Shown in pieces: positions 1-9,229 of a DNA stretch of 64,000 nucleotides. A program made the position numbers and the translations under genes. Each line of letters starts with the position of its first letter. Within the stretch, counting starts at the first letter, position 1. Below the pieces are notes generated by a model that saw nothing but the letters and a program-made list of their open reading frames with translations, was not told the DNA's origin and ran no database searches. The DNA comes from an uncultured Bacteroidaceae bacterium (GTDB taxonomy: Bacteria > CAIWAD01): the NCBI GenBank assembly GCA_964568855.1, contig CAZMSD010000001.1, forward strand, positions 75,197 through 139,196, in the 5' to 3' direction.

Positions 1-946
1 CCAGGCGGATCATGCCCACCTTGACCTTCTTGCGGCGCGCCATCTCGATACCCATGCGGGCCACCCGGGCAGTGATCCCGTAAGCCAGCACGATCACTTC
101 GGCCCCCTCGAGATCGTGCTCCTCGATGCGGATGATCTCCTCGGCGTTCTTGTTGATCTTATCGATCAGCCGCCGCACGCACTTCTCCTGGCATTCCTCG
201 CTCATCTCCGGGTAGCCCATCTCGTTGTGGGTCAGGCCGGTGGTGTGAAAGCGGTAGCCGTCGCCGGCCCTGGCGAACTCGGGCAGCCAGCCGTCGTTCA
301 CCTCGTAGGGCCGGAACTGCCCGGGCTTCTTTGAGGTGAGCCTGCGCGGCACCACCTCGAGTTCCTCAGCCGCGGGGATGACCACCTTCTCGGTCATGTG
401 CCCCACGCACTCGTCCAGCATGAACATCACGGGCACGCGGTAGAGCTCCGAGAGGTTGTAGGCGTCGATCATCAGGTCGAAGGCCTCCTGGGGCGACTGC
501 GGACAGAGGGCGATCAGCTCGTAGTCGCCGTGGGAGCCCCAGCGCGCCTGCATCACGTCCGCCTGCCCCACCATTGTGGGCAGTCCGGTGGAAGGACCGC
601 CGCGCTGCACGTTGACCACCACGCAGGGGGTTTCCATCATGGCCGCCAGGCCGATGTTTTCCATCATCAGGCTGAAGCCCGGCCCGCTGGTGACCGTCAG
701 GGCCTTGGTGCCCGTCCAGGAGCTGCCCACCACCGCCGCCATGCTGGCCAGCTCGTCCTCCATCTGGATGAAGACGCCGCCCATGAAAGGAAAGCGCTGG
801 GAGATGCGCTCCACCACCTCTGTGGAGGGCGTGATGGGATAGCCGGCGACGAAGCGGCAGCCCGCGGCCATGGCTCCTTCGCCGCAGGCGTAATCGCCGT
901 CGAAATAGTGGACGCCCGTCAGGACGCCCGCGGGATCAGCTTTCAC
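1..946 (-). CDS. 2-oxoacid:ferredoxin oxidoreductase alpha subunit (Kor/Por/Vor A-like); 3' end truncated by window edge
   Basis: Not in the ORF track because it runs off the edge. My reverse-strand translation from GTG at 944-946 (RBS AAAGGAG upstream) gives VKADPAGVLTGVHYFDGDYACGEGAMAAGCRFVAGYPITPSTEVVERISQRF...TSGPGFSLMMENIGLAAMMETPCVVVNVQRGGPSTGLP, typical of OFOR alpha subunits. Confidence 0.8.
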   Translation of the reverse strand, partial: MKADPAGVLTGVHYFDGDYACGEGAMAAGCRFVAGYPITPSTEVVERISQRFPFMGGVFIQMEDELASMAAVVGSSWTGTKALTVTSGPGFSLMMENIGLAAMMETPCVVVNVQRGGPSTGLPTMVGQADVMQARWGSHGDYELIALCPQSPQEAFDLMIDAYNLSELYRVPVMFMLDECVGHMTEKVVIPAAEELEVVPRRLTSKKPGQFRPYEVNDGWLPEFARAGDGYRFHTTGLTHNEMGYPEMSEECQEKCVRRLIDKINKNAEEIIRIEEHDLEGAEVIVLAYGITARVARMGIEMARRKKVKVGMIRL

Positions 947-1015
947 TGCCTTTCTCCTTTTGAGTCGCGGACCGCGCCGCGGCGCGCTTCCGAGGCCGCC
1001 GGGCCCCGGTGACCA

Positions 1016-1297
1016 TCAGCGGGCTTCCACGGTCTCGTCTTCCGGCATCTCGGTGCTGAAGATTGCGAAGTCGGGACAGATCATCTCGCAGAGGTTGCAG
1101 TTGACGCACTCCCCGTGCTTCACCACTTCGGGTGGATGATAGCCCTTGCGGTTGAACTCCTTGGACATCACCAGGACGTCCTTGGGACAGTACTCGACGC
1201 AGAAGCCGCAGCCCTTGCAGCTCTCCACGACGATGTGCACCACGCCGCGGGGAACTTTCACCCGGTCCGCGTCCAGGGGTTTCCGCCAATACTTCAT
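1016..1297 (-). CDS. 4Fe-4S ferredoxin-type delta subunit of 2-oxoacid:ferredoxin oxidoreductase
   Basis: ORF 1016..1327, start moved to internal MKYWRKPLD. Two CxxCxxCxxxCP clusters (CKGCGFCVEYCP, CVNCNLCEMICP). Lies immediately upstream of the alpha subunit on the same strand, in the delta-alpha order typical of por/kor operons. Confidence 0.7.
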   Translation of the reverse strand: MKYWRKPLDADRVKVPRGVVHIVVESCKGCGFCVEYCPKDVLVMSKEFNRKGYHPPEVVKHGECVNCNLCEMICPDFAIFSTEMPEDETVEAR

Positions 1298-1764
1298 CTG
1301 CACCCCCTCGTGCCTCCGGCCGGACACCCGCCTCCAGGAGGAGGGGCCGGCTGCGGATAAAGCACACTTGGAATTCGTGGATTTGCGAGTTGATTCTTAA
1401 TAAGCGCTCGAGTTGCCGGCAGCGGCGCAGTACCGCCGCCCGGTCCTTTGTACAGACCTGCGATAGCTTCGGACTTGCGCGAGGCGCGCTGGATGTCCAA
1501 GATGAACCTCATGATTGCAGGCGAGGCCACTAAATATAACCAATTTTCAAAGCCGTATGTAGACACGTGCGGAAAAGCTGTGGAAAAAAGAACAAGCCCC
1601 TGCTGTACTTGAATAAGTGTGTAACTGGAATATTTCGCACAGCCACGAAATAATATTTCCGATTCCACCATTCTACACCTTAGTAAGGCTTTGGGAAAGG
1701 GATACCGTACAGCATAAGTACGATTTACCGGGGGGATTCGTGGTGATCTCCGACTTGGGCCTGT

Positions 1765-4683
1765 TCAAGGGGACGGCCAGGCGGGCCAGCGCGTGTTGAA
1801 AGCCATGGGATCGATGATCAGCTCGCCCTCGGGACGGGTGGTCTCGCTGCCAATTGCATCCAGGTAGACCGACAGCGCCGTCTTCGCCTCCCCCAGGAAT
1901 GCGTTCCTGAAGGTCTCGCCCAGCTCCCGGGGTTCCAGCACCAGCAGCTCCCGCTTAACCTTCTCGCGATGCTCGAAATCTCCATTGAGCTCGAGCGCCA
2001 GGTATTCCAGGGTCTGCAGTCGCTCGTAGAGGTTGGCGTCGCGACGCTCCAGGTCCTGGACCACCGCGGAACGCAGCTGCTCGAATTCCTCCGGCCGCAT
2101 CTCGCCCAGGCTGGAGATCTCCTGCTCGAGCCAGGTCCAGGCCCGCCGGGCCAGTTCGGCGGCCGGGTACTCGGCGGACTGGATCAGGAACAGGAATCCC
2201 GTTCCCGTGGCCTCGTAGTCCGCCGAGCCGAAGACCGCGTAGCCCAGTTGCTGCTGGGTGCGCAACTCGTTGTAGAAGCCGTGCTCGATCCGGCTCGACC
2301 CGAGCCGCAGCAGGGCCTCCAGGTGCGGGCAGCGGGCTCCGAATTCCACGTAGGTCAGCCAGCAGTGGTTGTCGCTCTGGGTGGAAAAGACCCGCGCCAG
2401 GTGGCGGCCCTCGGGGAGATCCAGGCGCAGTTCGTCCCCGCGCAACTCCCGGGACAGGACGTTCTCCGCCAGGCCGGCATAGAACCGCTCCACCGCCGAC
2501 CGCAGCTCTACGGCTTCCAGGTTGCCGCAGGCCACGCCCTCGAAGGCGCAGTCTTCGTACAGGCCGGCCGCGAATTCGCGCAGCTCCTTAAGCGTGATAC
2601 TTTCCACGAGATCCACCAGGTCGCGGGGATGCAGGCTGCCCCGCGTGAGCAGAACGCTCTCCTCCAGCAGCGCCTGACGGTAGGCGGGGATATACTCGCT
2701 GTTGGCCAGCCTGCGGGCGAGCTCGTCCTTGACGCCCTCCAGGGTCGCCGCGTCGAGGGTGATACGATCCAGGCGCTCCTCAAGATCGCGCAGCAGGGCC
2801 GGCAGGCGCTGGCTGAAGCCCCAGAGGTAGAGGTCCACGCCGTGATCCGTGTCGAGCAGCAGGAACTTGAGTCCCGCCTCCCGCGCGGGATATGCCCATT
2901 CCGCCAGCTCCTGGGTGAGTGCTTTGGCGTAGAGCTTGGTCAGCAGCCGGTTCCGCGGACCGCGCGCCGGCTCGTCGCTCAGCAGGCTCAGCAGGATGCG
3001 GCCCCGGGGCAGCTGGAACACGCTGTCCTGCTCGAACCAGAAGACGCCCCGCTCGTCGTCGATCAGGCGCTGCGGGCGGCATGCCCGGGAGGGCGGAAGG
3101 AGATCCAGGTCGTCCGGGATATAGGGATTGGGCTCGGGGTAGCTCAGGGCGGGATGGCGCTCCGCCGCCCGCGCCCGTCGCAGGGACTCGGGAGACAGGC
3201 GCCGGACCGAGTACTCCACGCCGTAACACGCGTCCGCGTGATCCACCTCCACCTCGGGACTGACGAGCACGGCGTTCAGGCGCTCGGGAACAAGCTGCCC
3301 CAGATAGGCTTGGAACAGCCGCGGGCGATACTCGCGGATCACCATCATGTCCTTCAGGACCTCGGCGCCCGGCCGGAAGTGCATTTCCGAGGCCAGGGTG
3401 GCCACCAGCTCCGCGCCTTCGTACTTGTTCCGGTAGTAGTATCCCAGCTCGCTCATCGTGCGCTCTTCTTCGTAGTAGTAGCGCCTGAGCCCATCCTCGC
3501 GCAGCATGGCCAAGTAAGAGAAGAAGAGCTCGATCACCCGGTCCGTGTCACGCAGGCCCTTCTCGGTCAGGGAGAGATCGACGGTGAAATAACTGCAGTA
3601 ACTGCAGTGCTCCGCGTCCGTCTCGAGGGCCGTGGCCAGGTGCTCGCGCTTGAGCTGGGAGAGCAGCGAGCCGCGACCCTCGTGGCCGATCAGCGAACCC
3701 AGCAGGGCCAGGGGTTTGGAGGCGCTGTGGACCATGGCGGGGGGCAGGGCAAAACCGAGCTGCAGGGTGCGCTGGTCCTGCAGGGGGCGGACGCGGATCA
3801 TCCTGGGCAACTCGCCGGGGTCGTACACTTCTCGGGGAAAACTCGGCTCCTCGAGCTCTCGATCGGGAACCGTCGCGAAGAGCCCTCGCGCCAGCCGCTC
3901 CAGTTCGTCCAGTGACACGACGCCCTGCAGGCAGAGCTTCATCAGGTTGGCCGAATACCAGCGGCGGTGAAACTCCACCATCTCGTCGCGTGATACACCG
4001 CTGAGAGTCTCGCGGTCGCCGGTGGAAAACCTGCGCCGGGGATGGCCCTCCCGGTGCAGCAGCTCCTTGACGCGCTCGATCCTCCAGTAGTCGCTTTCCC
4101 TGTGGATCTGGTGCTCGGAGTGCACCGATTCCAGTTCGCGGTCGATATACTCGGGGTCGAAGAGCGGTGCCGTGAAGAAACCGGCGAAACGGTCCAGGGC
4201 GCCCTCGAAAGCCTCGTGGTTGACCTCGAAGAAGTAGTTGGTCTCCTCGGCGCTGGTGTAGGCGTTGCACTCGCCCTGGTTCTCCGCCAGGTAGCGCTCG
4301 TACTCGTCCACCACCGGGAACTGCTCGGTCCCCATGAACAGCAGGTGCTCGAGGAAGTGGGCCATGCCGGGACGCTCGTCGGGTTCGACGAAGGAGCCCA
4401 CGCCCACGCTCAGGGCTGCGGCGGACTTGTTGGCCTCCGGATCGGAGATCAGCAGCAATTCCATCCCATTGTCCAGGGACAGGACGCGCTGGACGCGGCG
4501 GTCGCCCGGCCGGGGGACGTCCAGGTCCACGATTGACCCGGCGTCGCCCAGATGTCCGCCCTGTGCGGCAGGGACCGTGTCGCGTGACACGTCGGGCGAG
4601 GGGCAGCAGGGAATGCAACCCAGGCACAGGCCGAGCAGCGCCGGCAGGACCGCGCACGCCGCTTTTCGCGTTCTTCCGGTCAT
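1765..4683 (-). CDS. M16 family zinc metallopeptidase (pitrilysin/insulinase-like), secreted
   Basis: HFLEH inverted zinc-binding motif (HxxEH) near the N-terminus and ~970 aa length. Cys-rich signal peptide MTGRTRKAACAVLPALLGLCLGC. Start at ATG 4681-4683 with GGAGGTG RBS; the track ORF extends further upstream in-frame but lacks an RBS. Confidence 0.85.
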   Translation of the reverse strand: MTGRTRKAACAVLPALLGLCLGCIPCCPSPDVSRDTVPAAQGGHLGDAGSIVDLDVPRPGDRRVQRVLSLDNGMELLLISDPEANKSAAALSVGVGSFVEPDERPGMAHFLEHLLFMGTEQFPVVDEYERYLAENQGECNAYTSAEETNYFFEVNHEAFEGALDRFAGFFTAPLFDPEYIDRELESVHSEHQIHRESDYWRIERVKELLHREGHPRRRFSTGDRETLSGVSRDEMVEFHRRWYSANLMKLCLQGVVSLDELERLARGLFATVPDRELEEPSFPREVYDPGELPRMIRVRPLQDQRTLQLGFALPPAMVHSASKPLALLGSLIGHEGRGSLLSQLKREHLATALETDAEHCSYCSYFTVDLSLTEKGLRDTDRVIELFFSYLAMLREDGLRRYYYEEERTMSELGYYYRNKYEGAELVATLASEMHFRPGAEVLKDMMVIREYRPRLFQAYLGQLVPERLNAVLVSPEVEVDHADACYGVEYSVRRLSPESLRRARAAERHPALSYPEPNPYIPDDLDLLPPSRACRPQRLIDDERGVFWFEQDSVFQLPRGRILLSLLSDEPARGPRNRLLTKLYAKALTQELAEWAYPAREAGLKFLLLDTDHGVDLYLWGFSQRLPALLRDLEERLDRITLDAATLEGVKDELARRLANSEYIPAYRQALLEESVLLTRGSLHPRDLVDLVESITLKELREFAAGLYEDCAFEGVACGNLEAVELRSAVERFYAGLAENVLSRELRGDELRLDLPEGRHLARVFSTQSDNHCWLTYVEFGARCPHLEALLRLGSSRIEHGFYNELRTQQQLGYAVFGSADYEATGTGFLFLIQSAEYPAAELARRAWTWLEQEISSLGEMRPEEFEQLRSAVVQDLERRDANLYERLQTLEYLALELNGDFEHREKVKRELLVLEPRELGETFRNAFLGEAKTALSVYLDAIGSETTRPEGELIIDPMAFNTRWPAWPSP

Positions 4684-4721
4684 GATGCACCTCCGCCCTT
4701 CATCCTCGTCGGATGAAGGGT

Positions 4722-5831
4722 TTACTTCAGCAGCGTCAAGGGACGCACGCGCTGCTGGTTGCCCGCGCTGAGCCGGCAGAAGTAGACCCCCGCGGGAAGC
4801 CCGCCCGCATCGAGCAGCAGGCGGTGACGACCAGGGCCGCGGGATGCATCCAGCAGCTGCGCCGCCCGGGCGCCCCGCAGATCGAAGAGCTGCAGGCGGA
4901 CCCGCGCGGGGCGGTCCAGCTCGAACTCGATCCAGGCGATGGGGTTGAAAGGATTGGGCCGGGGAGGCAGCAGGCGGATCCATCCGGGTCGCAGCCCGGT
5001 CGTCTTCCCGTCGAGACCGAGAATCTGCCCGGCGATCTCCTGGTAGAACGCGGCCCGCTCCTCGCTGAGACCGCCTGTGTAACCGAGTCCCTCCGGGCTT
5101 TCTCCCGTGAGGCTGACGTAGAACACACATGCGGTCATGTAGGTGCCCTCGGCGCTCGGGTGGTAGTGGTCCTGCGCCCAGAGCGGAGATTCGGGATCCG
5201 CCGTCAGGGCGGCCCTGAAGCCTTCGCCCGCCGGGGCGATCCCGGCCTCCAGTTCTTCGGCGATGCGGTCGTAGGCCGCCGTCACGGTGTCCTGCATGTG
5301 GAAGTAATCCGCGAATTCAACGGAGCAGCAGTCGTCGATGCACTGCTGCCCGCCGAACTCCCAACCCCAGGTCTGGTAGAACATGGTCGCCGAGTTCTGC
5401 AGGCTGATCAGGCTGTCCAGCAGCCGGGCCGCCGGATACATCCGGGTCTCGCGCCAGTGGTCGATGGTGGGAATCTGACTCTGCTCCTGCAGGATCACGT
5501 GATCCCAGCCGCCCTCGGCGATCAGACCCAGGCTGGTTGGATTCTGGCTGTGTCCTTCCAGCGTGTGTCCGCCGGGCGTGTTGCTCTGAGCCTCGAGGAA
5601 GTGCCCTCCCGACTGTACCAGGTCTTCCAGCTGCCCGGGCAGGTTGTTGAAAAAGGTGTGGCTGTTGCCCAGGAAAAGTACGCGGAGACTGTCCTGTGCG
5701 ACCAGGGAGGGCGCCAGGCTGAAGATCAGTATCGCCGCCAGCGCGGTCCCAGCGGTCGCGATTCCCGTCCGGCCGGTGTCTCCCAGCATCTCCATCGCCT
5801 CAATCCCTGAACCATTCATGTTCATATTCAT
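4722..5831 (-). CDS. SGNH/GDSL-like hydrolase with C-terminal T9SS-type (Por secretion tail) sorting domain
   Basis: GNSHT block after a signal peptide. C-terminal ~75 aa (NPFNPIAWIEFEL...GVYFCRLSAGNQQRVRPLTLLK) matches the type IX secretion CTD pattern. Start is ambiguous between MNMNMN (5831) and MEM (5795). Confidence 0.65.
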   Translation of the reverse strand: MNMNMNGSGIEAMEMLGDTGRTGIATAGTALAAILIFSLAPSLVAQDSLRVLFLGNSHTFFNNLPGQLEDLVQSGGHFLEAQSNTPGGHTLEGHSQNPTSLGLIAEGGWDHVILQEQSQIPTIDHWRETRMYPAARLLDSLISLQNSATMFYQTWGWEFGGQQCIDDCCSVEFADYFHMQDTVTAAYDRIAEELEAGIAPAGEGFRAALTADPESPLWAQDHYHPSAEGTYMTACVFYVSLTGESPEGLGYTGGLSEERAAFYQEIAGQILGLDGKTTGLRPGWIRLLPPRPNPFNPIAWIEFELDRPARVRLQLFDLRGARAAQLLDASRGPGRHRLLLDAGGLPAGVYFCRLSAGNQQRVRPLTLLK

Positions 5832-6228
5832 GAATTTCCAATTCCCTGCCGGCGCGGTCAACAGGAGCAGTCGAAGAACCGCCGCCGGACGCTCTCGCAA
5901 AGCTGAATATCACTTCCCTTAGTATCGGCCGGCAGGCCCCGGCACCTTAGCACGCCTCGCCTGGGGCATGCTGTTCTACCTCGGCCGAGCGGAGATCTAA
6001 AGGCTGAAGACCACGATGGTCACGAAGAAATGAATACGTTGAGCCTCCTACCCTTCGTGTCCCTCGCGGTGAGGTGTTTTGACTCAGTAACAGTGCACTC
6101 GGAATTCGACGGTACTCTGACCTCTGCGTCTGAACCGGGGTTGTGTTACATTCTCATTATCCACGGCGGGCGGACGCTCCTTGCCAACGGTCCGACCAGC
6201 GGATTCGCGTTAATGGATGGAGGCGAGC

Positions 6229-8223
6229 ATGTCTTGTATCACAGCGGATGAATTGCTGCGCATCGAAAAGGCCACGGTTACAGGTCTGGACGAAGTCGCG
6301 CGCGAGGGGCTGCGCCTGGGCATCGTCCAGGTGGCCGAACTCTGGCGCCCCGAGGACGGTGACGCCGCCGCCCTCGAGAATTTCGTACGCCTGCATTTCG
6401 CCTCCCGGCCGGAAGACCGCGAGGCGCTGTACGGGCGCTTCGAGGAGCTGCTGGAAGAGCTGGAAGGCCACCTGAACGAGGTCGAAGTGGCCTTCCGCAG
6501 GCACAGTGATCTCGATACGGGGCCGATGCTGCCGTCGGACGGACTCTTCGCGGCCTTCGACCCGGGGGCCCACCTGGCCGAGGATTTCTTCGCCAGCGGC
6601 CTGGCCTTCGTGGCGCTGCTCAATTTCCCCCTGAGCAGCCTCGAGGACCGTGTTCGAGAGGGCTCGGGCTGGAGCCGCCGCCGCTGGGCGGAGCACCGCC
6701 TGGTCCAGCGCTTCTCCCGGCGGGTTCCCGGCGAAGCGATGCAGCGCCTCGCCGCCGCGGCCGCCCGGGCGGAAGCCCACGTGGCGGGGTGCAACATCCA
6801 TACCCATCAACTGCTGGACGAAGATGGCCGGCGGCCCTTCCCCGCCGGGCAGCGCCTGCTTGCGCACTGGAACCTGCGCGACGAAATCCGCGCCCGCTAC
6901 GCCGACGCCACTGATGGACTGCCGACCCAGCGGATGATTCAACGCGTGATGCAGCGGATCGTCGACCAGAGCATCCCGCCCGAGGTGCTCGACAATCCCG
7001 GCCTGGACTGGAATCCCTTCAGCAACGAGACGCGGAAGGCCGAAGTACATGACATTCCCAGCGCGACCGCAAGCCGGGAGCCGGAAGAGGCGAACGCGCG
7101 TTACGCCCGGCTGCTGGACTGCTTCCAGGCCTGTCGCGCGGTGGACGCCCACTGCCCGCGGACTCCCAGCCTGGTGGCCCGGCGTTTCGAGGAGGACCGC
7201 GAGATCCCGGAGACGCGGATCCGCTCCATGCTCGAGCAGATCCTGACGTCGCCGCTGGTGGGCCGCGCGGTGACGCTCTTGAAGCGCCGCCTGGACCGCC
7301 CGCTGGAGCCCTTCGACATCTGGTACGACGGTTTCCGCCCGCGGCCCCGGATCCCCGAGGGGGAACTGGACGCACTGACGGCCGTCAGGTACCCGGACGC
7401 TGCGGCCTTCCAGCGCGATCTGCCGCGGATCCTCGGCCGTCTGGGTTTCACGCCCGAAAAGGCCGGCTGGCTGGCGCAAAACATCCGAGTGGAAGCGGCC
7501 CGGGGCTCGGGCCACGCCTGGGGTCCCCGCCTGCGCAGCGCCCCGGCCCGCCTACGCACCCGCATCGGGACTGCCGGCATGGACTACAAGGGCTACAACA
7601 TCGCCGTGCACGAACTGGGACACAACGTGGAACAGGTGCTCTCGCTGAAGGCCGTCGACCATTACCTGCTCCACGGGGTTCCGGGCAACGCCTTCAGCGA
7701 AGCGCTGGCCTTCGTGTTCCAGGCGCGGGACCTCGAGCTGCTGGACCTGGATCAGCCCGGTGAAAAGGACCGGTCCCTCGGCGTCCTGGACGAGTTCTGG
7801 GTCAGCTGCGAGATCTCCGCCGTGTCACTCACCGAGATGGAGATCTGGAACTGGCTCTACGAGCACCCGGACACCGACGCGGCCGGATTGCGGGAGGCCG
7901 TGATACGGATCGCGCGCGAAGTCTGGAACCGCAGTTTCGCGGAGCATTTCGAGTTGCGCGACCAGACGCTGCTGGCGGCCTACCAGCACCTGGTGGACTG
8001 CTTTCTCTACCTGCCGGACTACGCGCTGGGGCACCTGATCGCCTTCCAGGTGGGCCGGCAGATCGGTTCCGCGGAGCGGCCCGGCGAGGAATTCGAGCGC
8101 CTGGCCCGCATCGGCAGACTCGGTCCCGATCTGTGGATGGAGACCGCCACCGGTTCGCCCGTGGGCCCCGAGATGCTGCTGGATGCCACCGAAGGGGCGT
8201 TGGATGAACTGGAGACGGTGTGA
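6229..8223 (+). CDS. HEXXH zinc metallopeptidase (gluzincin; M2/M3/M32-like)
   Basis: HELGH followed ~24 aa later by FSEALAF (third-ligand Glu), the gluzincin signature. ATG 6229 has a GGAGG RBS 5 nt upstream; the track's 6217 start lacks one. Confidence 0.7.
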   Translation: MSCITADELLRIEKATVTGLDEVAREGLRLGIVQVAELWRPEDGDAAALENFVRLHFASRPEDREALYGRFEELLEELEGHLNEVEVAFRRHSDLDTGPMLPSDGLFAAFDPGAHLAEDFFASGLAFVALLNFPLSSLEDRVREGSGWSRRRWAEHRLVQRFSRRVPGEAMQRLAAAAARAEAHVAGCNIHTHQLLDEDGRRPFPAGQRLLAHWNLRDEIRARYADATDGLPTQRMIQRVMQRIVDQSIPPEVLDNPGLDWNPFSNETRKAEVHDIPSATASREPEEANARYARLLDCFQACRAVDAHCPRTPSLVARRFEEDREIPETRIRSMLEQILTSPLVGRAVTLLKRRLDRPLEPFDIWYDGFRPRPRIPEGELDALTAVRYPDAAAFQRDLPRILGRLGFTPEKAGWLAQNIRVEAARGSGHAWGPRLRSAPARLRTRIGTAGMDYKGYNIAVHELGHNVEQVLSLKAVDHYLLHGVPGNAFSEALAFVFQARDLELLDLDQPGEKDRSLGVLDEFWVSCEISAVSLTEMEIWNWLYEHPDTDAAGLREAVIRIAREVWNRSFAEHFELRDQTLLAAYQHLVDCFLYLPDYALGHLIAFQVGRQIGSAERPGEEFERLARIGRLGPDLWMETATGSPVGPEMLLDATEGALDELETV

Positions 8224-9020
8224 TACATCATTCAACGAACATGGAGATACCGGCAACCGACAGGCAGTGTCTCAGGACCTTGTTTGAAGACTGTCCTTAT
8301 GACCGGGTCCTGATCGACAGCGTCCTGGAAGGGCACTTCGGGCGAGCTTATGCGGCGCCGGCAACCGGCCCCGAGGTGGCCCGGTTGGATTCCGGAGCAT
8401 TCACCATCCTGGGAGGTGACCCCGACGCAGCCGGCGCGAAGGATCTGCTCCACCTTGCTTCGATCGATTTCGTGACCCCGCAATCGGCCGCATGGCGACG
8501 CTTCCTGCTGGACGAGTTCGGTGCAGGAGTGAAAATCTTGCGCTTCGTTGAATTCTCCTCCCACGCTCTGGATCGGTCGCACCTGCATGGAATCATCAGG
8601 GGACTCGCGCCGGATTTCATGCTCGAGCGCGTCGATAGAGCACTGGCGGAGCGACTGTCTCCGGACACGGGCAACGAGTATTTTCTGGAGAACTTCCATT
8701 CCATCGATGACTTTCTGGCACGCGGCATCGGTTATTGCATTGTTCACCGGGACATGATCGTCAGCGCAGCCACGTCCATGGTCCGGAGCCGGGGGGCCAT
8801 CGACGTCGAGATCGAGACGGTGCCCGATTACCGCGGACGGGGCTTGGCGGCCGTCGTCGGCGCGCGGCTTGTCGCACATTGCCTGGAGCTGGAAATCAAG
8901 CCTCACTGGCTGGCCGCGAACACTGCGTCGGAGCGTCTGGCGCTCAAGCTGGGCTATGTTCGCGGAGGCAGCTACGAGACCCTGGAGATCGAAGCCGGGG
9001 AACAGCTCCCTGCTTCGTGA
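8220..9020 (+). CDS. GNAT family N-acetyltransferase
   Basis: C-terminal acetyl-CoA binding fold (RGRGLAAVVGARLVAHCL...). GTG start overlaps the upstream stop (GTGA), so it is translationally coupled to the peptidase. Confidence 0.6.
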   Translation: MIHHSTNMEIPATDRQCLRTLFEDCPYDRVLIDSVLEGHFGRAYAAPATGPEVARLDSGAFTILGGDPDAAGAKDLLHLASIDFVTPQSAAWRRFLLDEFGAGVKILRFVEFSSHALDRSHLHGIIRGLAPDFMLERVDRALAERLSPDTGNEYFLENFHSIDDFLARGIGYCIVHRDMIVSAATSMVRSRGAIDVEIETVPDYRGRGLAAVVGARLVAHCLELEIKPHWLAANTASERLALKLGYVRGGSYETLEIEAGEQLPAS

Positions 9021-9229
9021 GGCCCCGGATCAATCGGGCACCGAAATCCGACGAGAATCACTGGCTGGTAAATCCTGCCCACATAGGTCTCACAGACGCT
9101 GACATCAGCCAACCGACAAATTGGGTCTTCCGCAGAAGGCGGCGGACCATCGCTCGCACCACGGTGTTCCGGTCGATGCCTCCGGCGAAGCACTGCTGTC
9201 GGCCGCGGATGGAGTGCCGGCGAACTGGT

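Noticed and set aside
1969-3915. 648-aa plus-strand ORF
   Set aside because: Lies entirely antisense to the M16 peptidase gene and has a low-complexity Gly/Arg/Pro-rich translation. This is a typical high-GC antisense artefact.
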